From Rhizodiscina lignyota (taxonomy: Eukaryota), in assembly GCA_010015805.1 (NCBI GenBank), contig ML978132.1, positions 806,001 to 870,000 of the forward strand: a DNA stretch of 64,000 bases, in the 5' to 3' direction. Below, piece by piece: positions 26,209-38,268 of the stretch. Under the pieces are notes generated by a model. It did no database searches. It was not told the DNA's origin and was given only the letters and a program-made list of their open reading frames with translations. Within the stretch, counting starts at the first letter, position 1, and every line of letters begins with the position of its first letter. Made by a program: the position numbers and the translations under genes.

Positions 26209-27031
26209 ATGTCTAAGCCGTCAATTATAATTGTGCACGGTGCTTATCACCAGCCTGCTCATTTTGAGAGCCTCATCAAGGTCCTCCGAGATGCCGGATA
26301 CCGAGTGTTTGCGCCTCCCCTGCCTTCAACGTTTGCGACTCCAGCTGTCTCAGACATGGACCCAGATGTTGAAGCCGTTGTAAAAGCAGTTTCGGCTGAG
26401 GTGGACGAAGGTCAAGAAGTTGTTGTCTTCGCCCACTCGTACGGCGGAATGCCAGCCTCTTCAGCGCTCCCAGGCCTGGACAAGAAAAGCCGTCAAGAGC
26501 AAGGGTTGAAAGGAGGCGTCATAGGCGTTGTCTATCTGGCGGCAATGATGCCCGATGAAGGCTTGACTTTGATGGATTATCGCCCGCAGGACAAAGAATT
26601 GGTGGCTTCGGGGAAAATCAAGATTGTACGGATTAGCAGGAATCCACTGATGCATACCAGGACCTCTCCACTGACAAAAACAGGTCGACGGCATCCACAG
26701 AATCTCTCCAGAAGAAGCGCGTTTTTTGATGTATAACCGCCAAACTGACCCAGCGATAATCGATCGTGCCTGTTCACTACTCACATTTTGGGCTGTTGGG
26801 TGCGGTATGGCGCCGATGAAATACAATCCATGGCGAAACGGCATTCCGTGTACCTACATCTTCTGCGAGAACGACACTACAATGCCTCTGGAACTCCAGA
26901 CGAAACTGACCGAGGGCCGCAGTATTGACGTTATTCGATGCGATGGTGATCACAGTCCGTTCTTGGACCGACCAGAATGGGTTGCGAAAGTGATCAAGAA
27001 GGTGGCGGGCGAAAAAGGATTGGAGCTATAG
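26209..27031 (+). CDS. Alpha/beta hydrolase (Abhydrolase_6, methylesterase-like)
   Basis: IVHGAYH oxyanion region, AHSYGG nucleophile elbow, YIFCEND (Asp) and DHSPFL (His). Intron 26626-26683. Confidence 0.9.
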
Positions 27032-28377
27032 CATCACGTCACTGCGGTGCATCCTGTCGGTTGAATTGACTTGTTGTCTGGCAGCATTTGCGATTCCCCG
27101 TGCATTGATAGATGGGCGGCGCTGCTACGAGAGGAACTGAGCTGTGCGCAGCGTGAGATTCTCGCCAAGTCGGTACAGGTTGAAGAGGCTCCTGCAAATA
27201 TTGAACGCAATTTTCCACATTGTTGCAATATTCACGTATCCCTTCTCGGTTCACTCCATATGTTCTCACATAACACACTTATGTATTTGGAGTTAGCGTG
27301 CGTAAGCTAATGCAGTCGAGCAAAATCCATCTCCGTGTAAGCCTGAGAGAAGTCTGAAATACTGTCCCTAATTAACAAAATCATTACCGGCGACGCTCCA
27401 TTCCCCAACGATAACCACACGCAGGTATTGATCGATGCTCCAGCCTTTCAAAGCATTCAAAATCTGGTCTCAACGCCTGTGTCGACCGCAATACGTGCTC
27501 AAGCTCCAGCCAGTGCTCAATGAAGCGCAGAGCTGTAGCCGATTGACGAAGCTTCCGCGGCCTGTAACATCTTTGGTGACATCGGTGGCCTTTATGTCTT
27601 GGTCCTTCGCGGCACCAAGGACACTAGCTTTCTCAATGGCGCCTATGCTGTCAGTTACCTATTTTACCTTGCCCCTGATTACTTATTGGAATTCGGCGAA
27701 TGGTACAATATCATGAACGACATAATCACCGCGCTCGACCTTTGAAGGCCCTATTTGAGAGCACCGTCATACCAAGAGTCAAGGCAGTGAGCGACATATA
27801 GACCGAGAAAGTCAATGCTGCGTCGAAAGCTTTCTGAATTTTGTTTGGCTGGTTCCGCGTGTGGTTCACACGTGTAGTTCATTTGGGGAAGCGGTAGACC
27901 AACACAATGACACGCCTGTCATTAACATGACATTCATTGCAAATCTTGGTTTCGACTTCGGCGGTTTTCTGTCGTACCCGGCTCTCAAAAACGAGGACAT
28001 TGCTCTCGTGCAAAAGTTTTGGGAGGTGTCTACATGACCGCTTGCTTTTTGTGCGAGCCAGACTCTCAATGGTTGATTGGTGGTTCGGCAGATTGACCAG
28101 AGTGTGTCCTTTGTATCTATGTATTACGGTCTCTGTTGAATATGAATGATGCATAAATCGGCACCTTATTTGAATTAAAGTGCATCAGAACTCAGTAGAT
28201 GTCAGAACGATGTAAGCAATGCCGCTGTCATTCCAGCGACCGCCCATTCGCCCAAGTAATAAGGCTCCCAATGCAAAACATCCAAAGCACAACTGGCCAC
28301 CTTCAACACCGAAAAGTCGCCTGAATAGTCAGATATTTGAAAAGTCCGCAGTCGCTCTTCACCTGAGGTCCCGTTTG

Positions 28378-28776
28378 TCAAAACCACTTAGGATACCAGC
28401 CCTCGATGTACATTTCGTCCATCTTAGAGAAATTGAGGTTCGGATTGATGGTAATCTTCGTATTAATGAATTCTAGCATGTGGTCCGTGAAGAGGATGGG
28501 AAAAGGGGAAGTGCAGGCTTCGATAAATTCTCTGGCCCTTCGGAGGACGTCGATCGGCGGTGACATCCCCCACGTCGCCTTGCATGCTTTCTCCAACTCC
28601 TCATAGAAGCCAGGCTTCGAGTCTCGCTTGTCCTGAGCATCCCCCCAAATAGCCATAAGCCCACCAACTAGCTGACCCTTTTTCACTTTCACTCCCTCCT
28701 GTTGAGCCGTAATAGCTGCCATCGGCTCCCACTCCTCGCTGTCCAGTGCGCTTATCTGATGAAACCACGTTATCAT
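28378..28776 (-). CDS. Hypothetical protein or gene relic
   Basis: A 135-codon ORF with protein-like composition but no recognisable motif; further protein-like fragments lie downstream in other frames. Confidence 0.3.
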   Translation of the reverse strand: MITWFHQISALDSEEWEPMAAITAQQEGVKVKKGQLVGGLMAIWGDAQDKRDSKPGFYEELEKACKATWGMSPPIDVLRRAREFIEACTSPFPILFTDHMLEFINTKITINPNLNFSKMDEMYIEGWYPKWF

Positions 28777-29154
28777 GATTTGCAAGTGAATCTCGTGGTC
28801 GTTGATAAGGAGAATATTGAAGTAAGCCTTGCGTTGAGTAGAAATGGATAGTGATCAATGTGTGTTTTATGCGAAAAGAACACTGTGATTCAAGGGTAAG
28901 TTTCACTGTGTGATTGATGTAGTTGTGATCTGAGGCCTATTTGAGTGTAGCTTGGTTCGAACAGTTCAGCGACTAGAGCCTTGTTTATGGAGAGAAGAAT
29001 GGGAAAGAACAAGAGCCGGATTAAATAGGCGCGGTGTTTGCCAAGGCTTTCTGTACACAGACGCATAATGCCACTGTTGTTTTCGGTTCTGCAGTTTGGA
29101 GATGTTGACACATCCATCGGCGGTACCACGTGGGACTCTGTTTGAGCTACTTTC

Positions 29155-31024
29155 TCAAGCAGTCTCGTCGGGTTCCGCAGTATTCTCGATATGCGACACC
29201 GTCATCTCAAAATCTCCTTTCGCCCGCAATTGATCCAATACTGCTGCGGAAGTCGCAGTCGACGCTTCACCTCCGATCTTTGCTTCGTCGCCATCAAAGT
29301 ACTTGGCGATTTCTTCCAGTGGAGTGTTCTTCGTTTCGACCCAAAGAAAGTACACCACCACAAATATTACGACAAGAAAGACGTCGTAGAAGATGTAAAA
29401 TTTCCAACCAGCATTTTGCACCCCGACTGGATTGATGTACTGGTTGAGCAGCGCGCTGCTAACGCCAAAGAAAGTGAGACTGAGGCCTTTCGCTCTGATC
29501 TCGTATGGAAGAATCTCGATTGGGTACGCAAGAACTAGACCTTGCCTGCTAGGCGTTAACAGTGTATAATGAAAGCACTTGGGGGAATTCAGACCTCCCA
29601 GCCGCAGTTGAAAGCTGTGTAAAACAAAAAGATGGCAACAATGACACCTTTCGCATCACCTGCATCACCTGTCTCCTTATATTTCGCAGATAAGATAGTC
29701 CAGATAACGAAGCATACGACCATTGAGCCCGTGCTTGTCAGGACCATCGGTCGACGTCCAAAGCGATCAATGTTGAAGGCGGCCCACATGGCGACGATGA
29801 AATTCCAAATCTGGAGTCCACCATTAAGACCAGCTTGCTCCGGGCTTGACGTGATCCCAACCGTCTCCAGAACTGGGACAAGGTAGTACGAAACAAGGCC
29901 GTTGCCGCACCACTGGGAGAAGAAGCCCTGGAGGTAGCAGATGAGGCTGCGTTTTCGATTACCGGGCGTCTTGAGGAGATCAATCCAAGACATGCGGCTA
30001 GCGAATTCCTTCTCCAGTGCTAGTGTCTCTTGGATTTCAATGAACTCCGCAGTGACAAAGTCGGTGGCTTCGCCGTTGCCGTGGTATTTCTTCAGTGTTG
30101 AAAGAGCTTGGTCGTGTCGGTCATTAGCGATGAGGAAGCGCGGAGACTGTTCAAATCAGTAAAGCATAAAGCCAGTACTCAGAAGCATGCTTACTTCGGG
30201 GACAATCCAGACGAAAACAATTTGGATCAGTGCTGGGAATGCCTGCAGAATGGAGGGTATCCGCCACGCAAAGTTGTTACTGATATTTATTGTCCTGGAG
30301 TGATCAGCAATGAGGACTTGATTGCAGTTCGAGGGACTTACCCAAACGTGACCCAAGCGGCAACGATTGATCCGAAGTACCAGGTTGAATTGTACACTGC
30401 GGTTATTCGAGCACGATGTTGAGTGTGCGCCAACTCTGTAACCAGTAACGGTGCACTTCCGTGATCAATCATGACTTCCGACACGTTAACAAGGTTTCAA
30501 CGGCATTGTAAAATTAATTCTGTCACCGACCTCCGAATCCTGTAATGAATCTGGCGCCGACAAACATGCCAACTTCATGCCGGTTAGCAACAGCCCAGAG
30601 ATGCTTAGCACAGGGCTTCGAAATGCTTACAGTTGACACTGGCAGACTGTATGGCAACGCCGATAATTGAAATTATACTCCCAATGACAATGCCCCAGCG
30701 TCTTCCCAGCTTGTCCGCAATCGTAGCTGGAAATGGAAAAGGCACAACTGCAACTAGTTGGCCAAGTCCGAAAGACAAGTTGTAGAAGGCAAGCAATGAT
30801 CCTTTCGGATGGTTGAAGTACTCCTGCCATTGAGAACTTGTCTGCAAAGCGTTCATCATGCTCCCATCATATCCATTGGTCATCGAAGTAACGAGAGGGA
30901 TGATGAGCAACGCGTAGAGCATGCGCAGCCCAGGTTCTTTCCACCATGTCACAGCGGGAAACGACCTATTTCCAAGCGTGAATGTACCTCTTTGTCGAGA
31001 AGGAGCTATTTTTCGGGGCGCCAT
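29155..31024 (-). CDS. MFS sugar porter, lactose permease/cellodextrin transporter-like (LAC12/CDT group)
   Basis: WWKEPGLR..NGYDGSMMNALQ, ADKLGRRWG, FAWRIPSILQ, PE-SPR, SQWCGNGLVSYYL, DRFGRR, VETKNTPLEEI. Four introns. Confidence 0.9.
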
Positions 31025-31627
31025 TATTACAAAATTGGATCAATGGCCAAAGACCGATGTTGACGTGATGAACAGCAAGAGAAGAAGGAAAAGAAGCCCA
31101 ACTTACGGTAATTCGAAGCACCACTGTCGGGGTTGGCATGTATCTCAACCTAAATAGTTCTAGATCGACAACGTCTCACTAGAAACATCAAGCATATACC
31201 CATCTGATGACGGAGGCTTATCTTGTTTGGAGGCTTGACCGAGGGTTTGGAGAAAATATCCATGTTGTTTGTTACGCTCGGCAGAATTGTCGGTTCAAGA
31301 AAGAACAGTGATTTGCTGGTCTTTCTCCCCGTGGGGAGGCGATCTTCTGCAGGCTCTCCATCGTCCTCTTGAGCTTCATTGGACGTATATAATTTTCCGA
31401 CGGTACCCCGCCAGCTCTCTTGCGTCGAAGATGCAGCGGCTCTCTGTCCGAGGATTCAATGCCTCATTCGAGCTAGGATGAAGCATCAGTGGAGCTGGGA
31501 ATAGGCATCTTCCGAGACTAAATAGCCGTTGAACGGGAGTTACAGAGGTACTTTCGTATGGCGGTATAAAGACGGTATTAAGAGTGGCACTACAGAAAGT
31601 TCGAAAGGGCTGAAAAGAATTTTCACG

Positions 31628-34365
31628 ATGTCGGCACTCTACCTCCGAACGCCGATCGATTCAGGCTGGCAATTCAAGGAGGACGAAGAAAACGAAACCA
31701 AATTTCTACCAGTGACGAGTTTCCCAACCGTCATACATCTCGACCTACTCGGACATGGTAAAATTCCAGAGCCTCCGAAGGATCGAAATTCTGAGGTGAT
31801 CCAATGGGTCGGGGAGAAGAAATGGCTTTACCGCACCGATTTCAACACCCCGAAAGCCTCGAGAGGCTCTCGATATGCCAAACAAGTGCTTGTGTTCGAT
31901 GGACTTGATACGTTCTGCACAATTACGCTCAATGGAAAGGAGATCCAGAAGACAGCGAACATGTTCTTACAATACCGAGTCGAGGTCACCGATGCCCTGC
32001 GCGAAGACGGCAAGAACAGGCTGGAGCTGTTGTTCGATTCTGCTCTTCTGGAAGGAAAGCGGCTTGAAGAAGAGCAAGGCTTTAAGAATCTGTTTTGGAA
32101 CGGAGATTCTTGCAGAATGAACGTGCGCAAGATTGGCTGCCATTTTGGCTGGGACTGGTTCGTTCCCGTCGCATACCACTCAAATCATGCTTTTGACACA
32201 GCTAAAGGGCACCTACCCTTCTCACCTGTGGCCCGTGGCGACCAATAATGCTTGAGAGCTTCGACGTTCGCATCTCTGACTTGGAGATTGATATTGAAGT
32301 CAGCGATACTCTGGAATCTGCACGAATCACGATTATGCCGCATGTGGAGACGCAACTCAAAGAGACGACAGTCAACATCACTTTGTACGACCCACAAGGC
32401 ACCAAAATCCACGCAAAGGTTATGAGTGGAGGGGCGAGTATGGTTTTCACAGTATCAGATCCCAAGCTTTGGTACCCCGTGGGATACGGAAGCCAGCCGC
32501 TTTACCGGATCAATGCCACTGTCCAGCATAACGGGCATGAAGTGAACAAACGGGCGGGCCTCCGCCATCTCGAGCTTGTGCAAAGGCCGATCCCAAAACA
32601 TGAGGGATTAACATTTTTCTTCAAAGTCAACAACATCCCCATCTACTGCCACGGCACCGACTGGGTCCCGGGAGATACGTTCCTCAGTAGAATCACACCA
32701 CAGCGATACCGGGACTGGATCGAGCTCGCGGTTGAAGGAAATCAGAACATGATCCGCATCTGGGGCGGTGGACTGTACGAGGATGACTGCTTTTACGACA
32801 TTTGCGACGAGCTTGGTGTTCTTATCTGGCACGACTTTATGCTAGGCTGTGGCGTTTACCCCGTGAACGACTTCATGATGACTACGATACGCAAGGAAGC
32901 AGAGTACAACTTGCGGCGCCTGCGGCACCATTCGTGTATTGTGCTGTGGTGCGGCAATAATGAAGATCATATGTTTGCGGAGCTCCATCATCTTGAGTAC
33001 GACCAGAATGACAAGGATCCCGAGAACTGGCTGAAGACGAATTGGGCGGCACGGTACTACTATGACAAGATGTTGAAGGATATCTGCGAGGATATGGTTC
33101 CTCGTGTACCGTATTGGAATAGCAGTCCATACGGTGGAGCTTGGAGCAATGATCCCACGATCGGAGATATCCATTCGTGGAATTTCTGGGTAGGTCTGAT
33201 GAGAGTGCAGCTGATGACTCTGAACAATGTCCAAATAATAGCAGGGTCGAAGAACTGACGACTGTTACAGATGGCAGACCAACCTCGCCTCCCATATCAA
33301 GACTATGAAACGAGGACTGGCCGCTTCGTTAGCGAATTCGGCATGAAATCGTATCCAGCTTTCCGTTCCATCAAACAACTTATCACTGATCCCAAAGAGC
33401 GACATCCACAATCCAAAACTTTGGATCTCTGGCACTGTGCACCGGGAGACCAACGCACAATCGCTCTGTACCTCATCGATAATCAATGCCACAGCACAAG
33501 CCTCGAGGATTACGTCTATGCCACGCAGCTCAACCAAGCTGAAGCAATGGACTTTGCACTTCGTGCATTCCGCCGGTTGTGGAGAGGGCCAGGGCGAGAA
33601 GAGTGCGCGGGAAATCTCATATGGCAGTTGAATGACTGCTTCCCGTCCGTGAGCTGGTCTCTTGCAGACTCTTTCATGCGTCCAAAGCTTGCGTATTATG
33701 TTACAAAGCGGGATTATGCTCCTGTGATAGTGGGTTCTGCCAGACGGGTTGTTGAGCATCCGAAGGACAAGTACACGAAAGTATTCATCGATCGCACGAC
33801 GTATGTTGACATCTGGGGGTCGAACCTCACAACGAAATCGATAGCCGCAGAGATCTTAATAGCTTTCTTTTCTATCAAGGACGGGACGCTACTCTCGAGA
33901 AAACAGAGCCAGTTCGATCTTGCGCCCAATCGCTCTGCAGAACTTACATCATTCGATTTCGAGAAGGACTGGCGTGTCGAAGCACGCGATATCGCGGCTG
34001 CAGTACACCTCCTCGATGCAAATAAGCGCGTTATTGCTCGCTACGTAGACTGGCCGCAGCCGCTCCGACATCTCGACTTCTCTTCAGCGACAGTCACCAT
34101 CCGCAAGATGAAAGATGGTTCGAACGGTTCTGCTGCGGATTTCTCAGTCATGGTCGAGGTAACAGGCGGATTAGCGAAAGGTGTAGAGCTGTCGGTTGAT
34201 ATCAATGATCCTGACGTTGCAGATGCTTTTACTTTCAGTGACAATTGTTTGGATCTTGTTCCTGGCGAACCTCAGGAGGTGTTTGTCACTGCACGGAAAG
34301 GTGGCAAGTTACCTGAGGGCGATGTGACGGCCATTGAACGGCATTACGGAGAGCGTTCTAAATGA
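31628..34365 (+). CDS. GH2 beta-mannosidase (intracellular, clade B-like; no signal peptide)
   Basis: LVFDGLDT, HFGWDW, NMIRIWGGGLYE, WCGNNE (acid/base Glu), RFVSEFG (nucleophile Glu), IWQLNDC. Introns at about 32158-32207 and 33190-33270. Confidence 0.93.
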
Positions 34366-34770
34366 GGTATACATAATGTAATGCAGAGCGCTTTATTTGG
34401 GGTTCTTTTGACACGCTTGACGGCGAGACCGTTGACGTCAGTGTTGACATTGAGGTTTGAATTCGAGATGGACCTCGGCAAGGAACCAAAGTAGGTATTT
34501 TGCGACTCGGGAGGGCATATTCACGTTCACATTCGCTCACACCACCAACCCAAAGTAAGGCAATGTGCAATTGCAGATTACCAGTTACTAAGCCTCGGTA
34601 AGCATATCGTGAAATTTCAGTGAAGCGCCTGTGCTCGGTCTTGATTTGCGGGGTCGTGTAATTAGAGCAAACATTTGTGTTACTCCGTCGGAAATGAAGA
34701 TCACTTTTTGAATTTTTTTTGTTCCTTTTCAATACACTTCTTACACCTTCTTCAACTTTTATATATCAGG

Positions 34771-36228
34771 ATGGGCTCCCCTAATATTCCGGCTAAAATG
34801 TACGCATGGAGAAAGCACAATGGAAACACAAAACCAGTTCGTGAAATGCGTTCACTTTGTCTCTTCTTCTGATAATGTATGCAGCTATGGGACGAAGTTC
34901 CTGTCCCTTCGGTTCCACCGAATGGTTATCTAGTAAAGGTGCTCGCAGCGGGAGGCACGTATAACCAATCAGATAACCGTGCGAGAATATACGTACCTGA
35001 CGTGTTTGAGAAGTGTGTCACAGCGACTTCCTGCTGTTGGCGATGGAGAAACATTCACCAGGCTTTCAAGACGTATATACATTGGTGAGAGCCAATTCCG
35101 ATTCCTTCATGTCTTTATCTTATGTCTTAATTGGTCTATGTCTTATTCAACACGAGCTAAACTGTTGAAATATCAGGGCCACGAAGGTTGCGGCGAGGTT
35201 GTCGGTGTCGGCAATCAGGTTAATGGCGAGCGCTTGAAAATAGTAAGTCGAGAGAGACTGCTCTTCTGTACCACACTCATGGCTTGTAGGGCACCAAAGT
35301 CGCAGTGTACGCCGTTCCAGGCTGCGGTTCAATCGATTGTCCTCAATGCTCGCGCGGGTTCGACCAGCTTTGTATGCAGGGAGAGACTTATGGGCTCGGT
35401 AACGATGGATCATTCACTTCGTACATTGCTGCGCATGCCCGAGCTGTCGTACCATTACCAGAAGGTGTCGTCGCTCTGTATTCATAACGTCCAAACTTTC
35501 TGGACTGACCAGGAGAGCAGGCATTCCTTTAGCCGTTGGGGCCGTTGCAACGGACGCGGTACTGACGGCGTATCACGCCGTCGTGCGAAGAGCGAATGTG
35601 AAGAAGGGAGACGTGGTATTTCTGTTCGGGCTGGGTGGGCTGGGACTCAATGCGCTGCAAATCATGCTTTCTCTTGGAGCGAGAGTAATTGTCTCGGACG
35701 TGCGGCAATCCACGCTTGACGAAGCAATGAGACTGGGCGTAGCAAAGGAAGATGCCGTGCCGATTGGAACAACGGCGCAAGACTTTGTGAAGGAGAGGGG
35801 GCTGGGAGAGAAGATCGATATCGTGGCCGACTTTGTTGGACAGGAGCAGACGTTTAACGATGCACAGATGCTCGGTAAGTGCCATTGGCCCTGTGGAATG
35901 AGCATTCAATTGATGAACATTGGTAGTACGGATGGGCGGAACAATTCTCTCTGTCGGCATCCTATCGCCCAAAACGCAGAATCTGAATCCACTGTGCTCG
36001 AGGAAACGGCTCTCAGTTCTGTACTCGTACGGAGGGCAGCGGCAAGATCTGGTTGAGGCTCTTGGTATGATCGCAAGGGGGCAATTACAGCCCCAGGTTG
36101 AGATGGGCAAGCTAGAGGACTTTCCAAAGATGTTGGAGAAGTTGCATGCGGGAGAGATCAAAAGTCGCATTGCTCTTGTTCCTTCAACCGCAAGATCTGA
36201 GGGTGAAGAGGGGCTTTTGAGAGTGTAG
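34771..36228 (+). CDS. Zinc-dependent (MDR family) alcohol dehydrogenase
   Basis: After splicing: AAGVCHSD, GHEGCG, the structural Zn cysteines GCGSIDCPQCSRGFDQLC, ATDAVLTAYHA and FGLGGLG. About six introns, one of them GC-AG. Confidence 0.88.
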
Positions 36229-36743
36229 CGGCGACGAAGCGCGGTTAAGGGAATGGCGCAACATCGAGGTACGGTCTACCGTAGTGGAGCGGCGCAGCGC
36301 AACTAAGCTAGCGACTCTTACCTCGATGCTCGCTGATGCTCTTCCAAGTTGAGCTTGAGCACACCCCATCGAAATTCCTAACCTTCGAGCGTATCATTTA
36401 CAGCACGCTCCAAATCCTCTGTTCCTCGAACACCGGATGACGTGAATACCCGATTTCTTCGTATGCCGCCGCGCGACATGATGCATCTGTGGGCCGGCGC
36501 GGCATTGCCCCGTTCCAGCAGTAAGAGCCCTGGATCGAGCAAAGTTTGGCGAGTGACTCCAGATCAACAGATTTGTCGAGTTCCCGTTCAAGATGACCTT
36601 TATTTCAACGTCATTCCAGAATTTCATGTTACGTCTAAGTATTTCAATAGCATGCGTAGTGCCCAAGTCTTAAATTACAGTTTAATGCAATTCCATGACC
36701 CCTGACACCGAGAGCCGCTAATAGACACCAGTACTCCGTGAAG

Positions 36744-37925
36744 ATGCTGCAGCCGTACTCAGATGAAGAGTTCCTGAAAGTCAACGATGAACTCGAACAG
36801 GTATATACAAGCTCTTTGAACTTAGGGAAAAGATCAATTGGACTTTGACTAAGACATCACAGATATTGAAGAAGCGTGGAATACCTAAGCTTCCTCTGCC
36901 AACTCGAGAGACCGTCCCATTACTTCGCAAAGGCTATGCCAAAGCCATCCAACATTTCAACAGCAGCAGTTTTGCAATAAAGGCATTAGCGTTACCATCA
37001 GGGAAACCTACGTGGACGGAACGTAACGAGTCTATCGCGGTCCGCGATGGTTCTACTATCAAAGTGCGGCTGTACATCCCAATCGACATCCCATCGGACG
37101 GCGCGCCGGTCGGTGTCGTGAATCACGGCGGCGGCTGGTTTATGGGCGACTTGGACAGCGAAGCGTTCCTATGCAGACTATTCTGCTTCAAGTTCGGTAT
37201 GATCATGGTGAATGTGGATTATAGACTGTATCCGGACGTCCAGTTCCCAGTTCCAATCACAGATTGCTATGATGCGATAAAATGGGTACTCACTTTCTCT
37301 CATGCTCATCCAACCCGTACATTGACGCATCAAACAGACCGCAGTAACCGCGCCCTCCTTCGGCGGCAACCCTCACAAAGGCTTCATCACCGTAGGCTCC
37401 TCTGGCGGCGGCACCTTCTCCTCCATCGCCACCCACCTCGCCCGCAACGCAAACCTCTCTCCTCCACTAACAGGCTGTCTCCTCATCTGTCCAATCCTAA
37501 CAGACGAGGTCATCTCCTCCTCCGGCACGCCCGTGCATCGCTTCGGCTCTCGCGTCCGCAGCCCGGACCAAAACGCCGACGCCCCGCTCATGACGCGCGC
37601 GATGCAGGAATCCATCAAGAAGCTGGCCGAGTATGACTGGCCCAGCCCGCTGCTGACGCCGTTTAATTTCAAGGAGCATAAAGGTGTTTGTAGGACGTAT
37701 ATCCAGGTTTGTGGACTGGACCCGTGGAGGGATACGGGGATTGTGTATGGAGAGGTGCTGAGGGAGGAGGGGGTGGAGGTGAGGTTAGACGCATATCCGG
37801 GGCTGCCGCATATTTGGTGGACAACGTTTTCGGGGTTGAAGGTTAATGAGACGTGGGTGAGGAATGTGCTTGAGGGGATGGAGTGGCTCTTGGAGAGGGG
37901 TGAGTCGAGAGGGTGGAGGTTGTGA
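36744..37925 (+). CDS. Hormone-sensitive-lipase family esterase (Abhydrolase_3)
   Basis: HGGGWF, VDYRL, GSSGG nucleophile, CGLDPWRD, YPGLPH. Introns 36801-36862 and 37286-37337. Confidence 0.9.
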
Positions 37926-38268
37926 GGTGGGCAGGAATGAAGGCGTATGGCATGTCATATGAGACAATTGAAATGTGGTCAACATGAGAGCGATTTACGA
38001 AAGGTCGAAGGACGGGAACGCAAAGGAATGACATCCGTCCGTATCGTTTTCTGAGATGCCGAAATTATACATTCGAAGAAAGCATACATTATTGCAAGGT
38101 CGCCAAAGCGAACCGCAAAAACGCGCAAACACATTGTTTTGGGAATCATGTACAGCTAAGCGAAATTTGTAAGCCCTCCACTACAACACCGTTTTACTCC
38201 TTTCGACCGCCGATGCTTGTCTACCCTTGTCATATCGCGGCGGCCGTTTCTTCTCTTCTACCATTCCT

